Positions 57,888 through 64,000 of a DNA stretch of 64,000 nucleotides are shown here, piece by piece (positions within the stretch are counted from its first letter, which is position 1; each line of letters begins with the position of its first letter). The stretch is from Bacteroidota bacterium (GTDB lineage Bacteria; Bacteroidota; Ignavibacteria; Kapaibacteriales; UBA2268). The stretch spans positions 79,060 through 143,059 of the forward strand of contig JBDQHL010000001.1 in the NCBI GenBank assembly GCA_040264895.1, in the 5' to 3' direction. The notes under the pieces were generated by a model. The model ran no database searches. It saw nothing but the letters and a program-made list of their open reading frames with translations, and was not told the origin of the DNA. The translations under genes were made by a program, and so were the position numbers.

Positions 57888-58751
57888 ATGAAAATTTTAT
57901 CCTTTCTGTTATTAGCATTATTATTTTTTTCCTGTAAGGAAGAAAACTCTACCGTACCTAGTGATAACGGTTATTTTAGCTCTGGTAAGACAGCATTAGT
58001 CATGGTAGTAGAAAATTCAGATAGGGCTAACGAACAGATAGAAGACCTAGCATTTGAAACATACCCCTCGGAGACTTTACAAATCTTTTCAGATATATTT
58101 AGTGTTCCTTTCGACTCACTATATGGTAAGGATCTGAATGCAATTTTAGATCAATATGGTGAGCCTTGGCAGATAGAAACTATAATAGATAACACTAATG
58201 GCTATTATGATGAAATTATAGTATTAACTGATAGTACTGCAACTAAGGAAAAACTAAAGGAAGAGCTTCAAAAATTAGCAAGTCAGAATTATAATATAGA
58301 TATGGTTTTCAGTTTACACGGATCACAAACGAACATTGTTTTTGCTGACGAAAGTATCCCAGTAGACGAAGTTACAAAAGAACTACAAGATTTAGATGTG
58401 CCTATTAGGGTTTTGTACCAGACTAATTGCAAAAGTGCAAACACTATTGGTTTATGGAATAGATTGGGAGTAGTTGCTTGCAACGGCACTGTAGACAATA
58501 ATTACCTTACTATATTTGCACCTGCTAATTTTATTAAGCATTGGGTCAGTGGTAAATCCTATTATGAATCTGTAGAAGGAGCATATAATAATGAAATTGC
58601 AACTCTAAAATCTTATAATAATATCCTACCTGTTCTGGATTATATTACTCAAGGTAATTACTTAGCGGGAAGCCTACCAATCTATTCAGGAAAAGACTTA
58701 ACTATAACAAAAGACGACTTTATAGTAGATGACTCGGGTAATGCCCCATAG
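57888..58751 (+). CDS. lipoprotein with caspase-like (clan CD peptidase) His/Cys dyad pattern
   Basis: Lipobox LLFFSC. VLTDSTATKEKLKEELQKLA...IDMVFSLHGSQ and IRVLYQTNCKSAN are spaced 37 aa apart, mirroring the SGHG and D-x-C-x-SG strands of C14/C13 peptidases. Confidence 0.4.
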   Translation: MKILSFLLLALLFFSCKEENSTVPSDNGYFSSGKTALVMVVENSDRANEQIEDLAFETYPSETLQIFSDIFSVPFDSLYGKDLNAILDQYGEPWQIETIIDNTNGYYDEIIVLTDSTATKEKLKEELQKLASQNYNIDMVFSLHGSQTNIVFADESIPVDEVTKELQDLDVPIRVLYQTNCKSANTIGLWNRLGVVACNGTVDNNYLTIFAPANFIKHWVSGKSYYESVEGAYNNEIATLKSYNNILPVLDYITQGNYLAGSLPIYSGKDLTITKDDFIVDDSGNAP

Positions 58752-58764
58752 TTATTGCCTAATA

Positions 58765-60744
58765 TTAAAACGCTACACTTACTCCACCATAAACCATTCT
58801 TCCTGGTGCCGATATTCCGATTCGTGTTAATCTTGATTGGTCAAATATATTATTTGCTCGAATAAAGAAGGTATATAAGTTCTCGTTATAAGTAGTTAAA
58901 TAACTCATTCGCAGGTTTACCAATGCTGATTGGTCTATCTCTTCCAAAACGTCAGTTATATCAGATATACCGTATTGACGACCCATAAAGTCCAATTCAG
59001 CCATTAAGTCAAAACCACCGCCAACACGCCAATCTGCTTGCAAAAATGCAATGATTTCTGGCTTAGCTTCCAAATCTTGTTCTACACCATCTACCGTACC
59101 CTTGCTATTCATATAAGTGAAGTGACCAGATATGTCAATATCATTTGTAACATAATACTTAGCTCTAAATTCGGCCCCTAATATCGTAGCTTCATCTAAA
59201 TTGATTCGCTGTCTTCTGTTAAGTGTGTCACCTTCCACGGCAGCTTGTGTTATCAAATCTGAAAAGCTATTTGCAAAAAGTGATAGTGTAGTCTCCAAAT
59301 CTCCTGCTGAATAGTCTATACCGATTTCCGATAGTATCCCTGTTTCTGGTTTCAGATTAGGGTTAACTACGAATCTATTAAGTGCTGCAGAAAATGACTC
59401 ACGCATGGTTGGAAATCGGCTCTTTTTACCAACATTACCAAATAGATTAATACTACTGCTTATGTTATAATTAACTCCAAATACGGCAGCAATATCATCA
59501 TACGAACTACCATTCGCTTCCGTAAAGTCACCGGCATCACTGATATCGAATCTGTCATAAGAAGAACCAATAGTAAATACCCAGTCGCCTTGCAATCTTT
59601 TGTACTCCGCTCCAAAGCTTGATGTTGTTTGTCCGTAGTCTTTGGTCACAGAATTACCATCTGCATCCTCTATTTCTTCAGTATGAGAAGAAGTAAACCC
59701 ATTAATAGTGAAATTCAATATATCGTTATCACTTATGTCAGCCTTCAAGTTCATTCGAGTGCCAAAAGTGTTGTCATCATCATATTGTATTTCATTAATT
59801 TCTTCGAATGCTATGCTTTGGTAATCCTCAATTGTCTGATTAAACTGATCGCCCCATATAGCTCCCCTAAAAGATATGCTTTCAGATATTTGTGAGCTAC
59901 CATTTACAGTAACTATACTTCTCATCCACTCGGGATATTTCCAGAATCGAGTGTTAACACCTTCTGGGTTGTTAACTGGTATTACCCCTTTATTTCCGTT
60001 TACATGATTGAAGGACACACCTAATTTGTCTGTCTCACTGAATGAATATTCCCCACGTCCGTAAGCCGTAATCCTCTCGTTTTGACTATTCGGAATCAAA
60101 TTTTCTCCCTCTCCAGTTCGTAAGTTCAAGCTATTATCTTTCGGAGCTTTCAGCCCATCACGTGTCATGAATGAGATATTACCCAGATAGTTGAATTTAC
60201 CATCTTTCCCTTCAATTTTTACAGCGCTATACTTCCTTCCAGCTTCTCCAATTTGCAATGAAACATTCCCCCCTAAACCTTCGCTTTCTCTTTCGGAAGT
60301 AGTAATATTTATTGCACCACCCAACACATTTGCCCCATACAGAACTGAGTTCGTACCAGTACTAATTTTTAGGTTTCCAATTATGTCTGTGGGTATCATA
60401 CTTAGGTCCAACCTATTATCCCAAGGAACATTGAAGTATATGCCATCGAAGAAAATGGAGATAGACCTTTCCCCTGCTCCACGTAGAAATATAAGTGACT
60501 CGCCACGCGAGTTAGTTTGCAGAAAACCAGCAGGGATTACAGCATTCAACTCTTCAAAATTAACAGCATCCTGTTCTTTAATTTCGTGATATTTTATCTC
60601 TTTTATATTAGTAGGAGTAATATTAACTCCCTTATCCGATTCAGATACTATCTCCCCAAGCCTATAAGTTTTTATAGTGTCTCTGGGCGATTGAGAATTA
60701 GATAATGTTGCTACTAATAATAAGATAAATACTAATCTTTTCAT
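58765..60744 (-). CDS. TonB-dependent receptor (BtuB-sized, 659 aa)
   Basis: Signal peptide, plug motifs (SLIFLRGAGERSISIFFDGIYFN, SVLYGANVLGGAINITT) and a terminal GGVSVAF. Confidence 0.9.
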   Translation of the reverse strand: MKRLVFILLLVATLSNSQSPRDTIKTYRLGEIVSESDKGVNITPTNIKEIKYHEIKEQDAVNFEELNAVIPAGFLQTNSRGESLIFLRGAGERSISIFFDGIYFNVPWDNRLDLSMIPTDIIGNLKISTGTNSVLYGANVLGGAINITTSERESEGLGGNVSLQIGEAGRKYSAVKIEGKDGKFNYLGNISFMTRDGLKAPKDNSLNLRTGEGENLIPNSQNERITAYGRGEYSFSETDKLGVSFNHVNGNKGVIPVNNPEGVNTRFWKYPEWMRSIVTVNGSSQISESISFRGAIWGDQFNQTIEDYQSIAFEEINEIQYDDDNTFGTRMNLKADISDNDILNFTINGFTSSHTEEIEDADGNSVTKDYGQTTSSFGAEYKRLQGDWVFTIGSSYDRFDISDAGDFTEANGSSYDDIAAVFGVNYNISSSINLFGNVGKKSRFPTMRESFSAALNRFVVNPNLKPETGILSEIGIDYSAGDLETTLSLFANSFSDLITQAAVEGDTLNRRQRINLDEATILGAEFRAKYYVTNDIDISGHFTYMNSKGTVDGVEQDLEAKPEIIAFLQADWRVGGGFDLMAELDFMGRQYGISDITDVLEEIDQSALVNLRMSYLTTYNENLYTFFIRANNIFDQSRLTRIGISAPGRMVYGGVSVAF

Positions 60745-60854
60745 ACTTGAAGTTTGGTTCTGTGCTTACAATTAGACATTTCGAATTGCAAAGATAGCAA
60801 AGTGAAGTCAAAATTTTGAATTTTTAGAATAATAGTATAGATTTGAATTACTGA

Positions 60855-61012
60855 TTAGTCATTAGTTATTGGGAATCCTGTGAAAATCAGGAACGGTTCC
60901 GCCGCTGTAACGAGATACGACCGAACTATGTAATTAATTGCAGTCACTGTGCTTTAGGCGCGGGAAGGCAGTTCGGAAGGTTTGAAGCTTGAAGTCAGAA
61001 CACCTACTAAAT
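60855..61012 (+). promoter_or_regulatory. cobalamin (B12) riboswitch aptamer
   Basis: GGGAATCCTGTGAAAATCAGGAACGGTTCCGCCGCTGTAA core, GCGGGAAGGC, and a B12-box-like GAAGTCAGAACACCTAC in canonical order on the + strand, with P1 pairing TTAGT/ACTAA. Confidence 0.85.
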
Positions 61013-61187
61013 TATACTCATTGGATAAATTCTTAAATTAGAGAATTGAACATCTGCGGAATACAGATGCTTTGAGGTAAAAAGCACCCCCTAACGTAGC
61101 GATTGGCTACCCCTGACTCAAGTGCCTTGCCTCTTAATACAGAAAGAAATAGATTTAATATTTAATAATTAACAAGGTACAATTCTT

Positions 61188-63527
61188 ATGAATAAGTATT
61201 TAATAGCTTTTGCTGCATTGCTATGTAGCTATGGAATAGTTAGTTCTTCTGTCATCACCGAATCTGCGGTACAGTATGAAGTTGGTAGTAATGTGGTAGG
61301 GATAACTGAAAACCCGATAGACAATGTGGTGCACATTTTTTGTGCTGGTATTGACGTAAACGAGAACGGTATATACGACGAGGGTGAGGATGAAAAACCA
61401 TCTTGGTGGAGAGTTGACCCCAATGGCTCATCAGTGGAGCCTACATTATTAAAAGAATTTGACACTTATTTCATGGAGCCATTTGTACTGACAACCGATA
61501 TTACCAAAGGGTATGCAACTGTTGTACTCAATTTTGCATCTATTATTGAAAATGAAACTGTAACTCAAGATGGTTATACTCAAGGATTTCAAATGAAAAA
61601 TGCCGTACCTGCATTCAAAATTGATGTTGATAATGGTGAGCCAGTAATCTTAAAACAGTTCGACACTTATTCTGTTGCGGCTATTAATTCTACTATTAAT
61701 GGGATTGTTTCTGTTATTAATAATGAAACAAAAGAGGAGAAATTAGTTAACCTAAACGGCAATATTTACTCGGCAATTTTTGTTGATTTAGAAAATGATG
61801 GAACAGAGGAGTTAGCAGTATTAACTGAGTCAGGTTTTTTCAACTTCTACCAAATAACTAATGATGCAGAGGCGACTTTAGTAGCAACTTATGATGCAAG
61901 CACAGAACCACAATTCACAGGTACCTTTGGTGATTTATATTCAGACTATGGTGCTGTATTCACTTTGTTCGAGGGGTCTAGCTCTGTAATAAAAATCACT
62001 GCAGATTATAACGGTACCGTGTCTAGTGATATTGAAGAAAAAGACTGGTTCTCTGAACCAACTCTTTATTTCCCAATTACTACTCAATGGAATTTGATTT
62101 CGAATAGGGATTTTGAGACTCTTGTATTTAATTTCCTTTATGAATTAGAAAAACATAGAACAGGTCATGTAATTCAAACTGCCTACAAAGCAGGTGACAG
62201 ATTATATTTGGGTTCCAGCAATGTAGTAATACCATTTACAATAACTGATGAAAGGATTGAGGACATTAAGTATGTTGATCACAATTTTTCTGGTTATCAA
62301 CCATTGGATATATTGAGTGACGGACCTGAGTACTATGTGTTGAACTTAGGGGTTGACTTCGATTTCAACGGTGTGGTAGATTCTGACAAAGGTGATGTAA
62401 GTTCTTCAATCACCAAGTTTGTTGGCCTTGGTCAACAAGCATTTGTACCTGGAGAAACGCGTGAAATAGCAGATTTACCATTCTATTTGAACTTTCCCAT
62501 CAATACTAATTTGTCGTTCGATGGAATTATAATCCTACCATCTGGTAATAAAGCATATATGTTCGATATAGAAAGTGAGACTATTATAGACTCAATTGAT
62601 GCTGGTATGTATGTTACTTCAGCATTCTCAGTACTCGATTACTTAGTTTTAGGTACCAGAGATTATGATGAAGGCAAGAGCTATGTTAGAATTATTAATG
62701 ATGAAGTTGGTATAGATGTAAGCGAAGAAGTTGGTCCTAATGTAATTGATGTAACAGTCTATCAGAACGGTTCTGGATTTGGTGTAATTTCTGTTTCTGA
62801 AGGTAACTTCAACGAGTCAGATGCAACTATCAATATTTTGAAACTTGGTTTTGTAGGATTCACTGAAAACATAAGCATAGATGCAGGTATGACTGGTAGC
62901 AATGTAGTTACTAATTCTATCCAAACTAAAGCTGCCGTAGTAATGAACGGTAGTCACGAGATTCATATTATTGACTTATTAAAAGCAGAAAAGGAGCTTA
63001 CATTCTCAACAGGAACAACGGGCTATGGGGGTCCAAGAGATGTGATATTTATAAATAAATTGCTTTTTGTAACTACTTATAGCAATAGAGTTTTAGTATT
63101 CGATTCCGAAAATGGTGATAAGCTATCTGAATACAGTGTAGATGGCCACTCAGAAGGAATAATAGAAGCGAATAGTTACTTTTATATAGCTAACAATAAC
63201 TACTCAAACTATAAACCAAATAGCAGAGTAGTAGCTTATAATAAGAATCCTAGAATAACAAATGTAGATTCTGAAGCTAGTGACTATACCTCTCCCATCC
63301 GTATCTACCCGCACCCAGTTGGGAACGAGTTCCATATGGTGTCAGATGAGTTAGTGGGTGAGTTGGAGATTGCAATCATAGACGGACAGGGCAAGATAGT
63401 AGCCACACACTCTGCTGTTGCCGATGGCGAAGTAGCAATGAGTGCAGATGAACTTGGTCTTGGTGCTGGTAACTACACTGCGATTATCAATGGAACCAAA
63501 GCAGTGAGATTTATAGTCATTAAGTGA
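61188..63527 (+). CDS. T9SS-sorted beta-propeller surface protein (candidate BtuG/YncE-like B12-capture protein)
   Basis: Signal peptide and repeated strand-turn blocks typical of propellers (for example RDVIFINKLLFVTTYSNRVLVFDSENG). CTD reads IYPHPVGNEFHM...GNYTAIINGTKAVRFIVIK. First gene after the B12 riboswitch. Confidence 0.6.
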   Translation: MNKYLIAFAALLCSYGIVSSSVITESAVQYEVGSNVVGITENPIDNVVHIFCAGIDVNENGIYDEGEDEKPSWWRVDPNGSSVEPTLLKEFDTYFMEPFVLTTDITKGYATVVLNFASIIENETVTQDGYTQGFQMKNAVPAFKIDVDNGEPVILKQFDTYSVAAINSTINGIVSVINNETKEEKLVNLNGNIYSAIFVDLENDGTEELAVLTESGFFNFYQITNDAEATLVATYDASTEPQFTGTFGDLYSDYGAVFTLFEGSSSVIKITADYNGTVSSDIEEKDWFSEPTLYFPITTQWNLISNRDFETLVFNFLYELEKHRTGHVIQTAYKAGDRLYLGSSNVVIPFTITDERIEDIKYVDHNFSGYQPLDILSDGPEYYVLNLGVDFDFNGVVDSDKGDVSSSITKFVGLGQQAFVPGETREIADLPFYLNFPINTNLSFDGIIILPSGNKAYMFDIESETIIDSIDAGMYVTSAFSVLDYLVLGTRDYDEGKSYVRIINDEVGIDVSEEVGPNVIDVTVYQNGSGFGVISVSEGNFNESDATINILKLGFVGFTENISIDAGMTGSNVVTNSIQTKAAVVMNGSHEIHIIDLLKAEKELTFSTGTTGYGGPRDVIFINKLLFVTTYSNRVLVFDSENGDKLSEYSVDGHSEGIIEANSYFYIANNNYSNYKPNSRVVAYNKNPRITNVDSEASDYTSPIRIYPHPVGNEFHMVSDELVGELEIAIIDGQGKIVATHSAVADGEVAMSADELGLGAGNYTAIINGTKAVRFIVIK

Positions 63528-64000
63528 TAAAAATTCTATCATATATTACTGTGATTTTGATTGGTCTCAACTTTACTTATGCAGCAGACACCAACTCGGT
63601 GGATATGCAAGAAGTTGTAGTAGAAGAGAAATCAGAACCCAGTAATAATGGGTTTAACTATCTCTCGAATCAATCACTAAGTGAGAAAGATTTGAAGCAG
63701 ATAAACCCAGTGCAAGTTAGCGACGCTCTGCAATATATATCTGGTGTCAATATTCGAGATTACGGTGGACTTAGCTCTGTGCAAACTGTTTCGCTAAGAG
63801 GGTTGCCATCTAATCAAACACTAGTACTATTCGATGGTATGAATATCACGAATTCCCAAACCGGACTGACTGATGTTAGTAAGCTATTTATCAGCTCGGT
63901 TGATAAAATAGAGGTGGCAAAGGGAGCTAGTTCATCGCTCTATGGGAGCAATGCTATTGCAGGGGTAGTAAACTTGAATACAGGTAACACAATGGACAAC
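63524..64000 (+). CDS. TonB-dependent receptor, BtuB-like, 3'-partial (runs off the window)
   Basis: GTG start in a GTGA overlap with the upstream stop. Signal peptide IKILSYITVILIGLNFTYA, TonB-box-like MQEVVV, and plug motifs DALQYISGVNIRDYGG and SSLYGSNAIAGVVNL. Open to nt 64000. Confidence 0.85.
   Translation, partial: MIKILSYITVILIGLNFTYAADTNSVDMQEVVVEEKSEPSNNGFNYLSNQSLSEKDLKQINPVQVSDALQYISGVNIRDYGGLSSVQTVSLRGLPSNQTLVLFDGMNITNSQTGLTDVSKLFISSVDKIEVAKGASSSLYGSNAIAGVVNLNTGNTMDN

Noticed and set aside
1-64000. Scanned for tRNA, rRNA, tmRNA, transposases, integrases, phage genes, toxin-antitoxin pairs and known defence systems
   Set aside because: I found no T-loop (GGTTCGAATCC-like) contexts and no rRNA-like conserved blocks. 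No ORF had DDE, tyrosine-recombinase, Cas, or typical defence ATPase or nuclease motifs. The only possible defence trace is the decayed remnant at 45091-45634.

Overview
The window is low-GC (about 35-38% by hand counts, with a mosaic 39-53 kb segment reaching about 50%) and comes from an FCB-group bacterium, Bacteroidota-like. The evidence is nine ORFs ending in type-A T9SS (Por) C-terminal sorting domains, a Bat (aerotolerance) operon, a fused E1 alpha/beta dehydrogenase, and weak or absent Shine-Dalgarno sequences. I found no rRNA, tRNA, CRISPR array, transposase, integrase or phage genes.

Gene content from left to right:
- A secreted hydrolase split from its T9SS CTD by one in-frame amber codon.
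- An ECF sigma factor and an anti-sigma factor whose C-terminus looks like an outer-membrane beta-barrel.
- A long minus-strand block (3.1-21.7 kb): a 2674-aa adhesin-like giant, four more T9SS cargo proteins with cohesin-, dockerin- and NIDO-like modules, then GT2, a small OMP, GT9 and a muconolactone-isomerase-like gene.
- Housekeeping genes: a YfgM-like TPR protein, E1 alpha/beta with a Lys-rich tail, and gatB.
- A phosphatase, YjbR and TetR, then a translationally coupled MerC-like/PolX/secreted-protein trio.
- An S8 protease with a CTD.
- batB-C-D-E without the usual upstream genes.
- A cAMP neighbourhood: a triple-frameshifted TPR adenylate cyclase pseudogene, DUF1456, and an intact BLUF photoactivated adenylate cyclase.
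- Fe-ADH, a DEAD-box helicase with a DEFD motif, a decayed gene remnant, and GC-rich yyaL.
- A surface-sugar cluster: GT-C-like membrane protein, SDR, DegT aminotransferase, rfbA and an orphan receiver.
- The heat-shock cluster hsp20-hsp20-dnaK.
- A small OMP, a caspase-like lipoprotein and a TonB-dependent receptor.
- A cobalamin riboswitch driving a T9SS-sorted beta-propeller protein plus a BtuB-like receptor.

The best candidates for something undescribed are the T9SS cargo operon with cohesin/dockerin-like modules and shared cryptic modules, the anti-sigma/beta-barrel fusion, and the B12-riboswitch-controlled T9SS propeller.

All family calls rest on motif recognition from the translated ORFs. 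No database search was possible.
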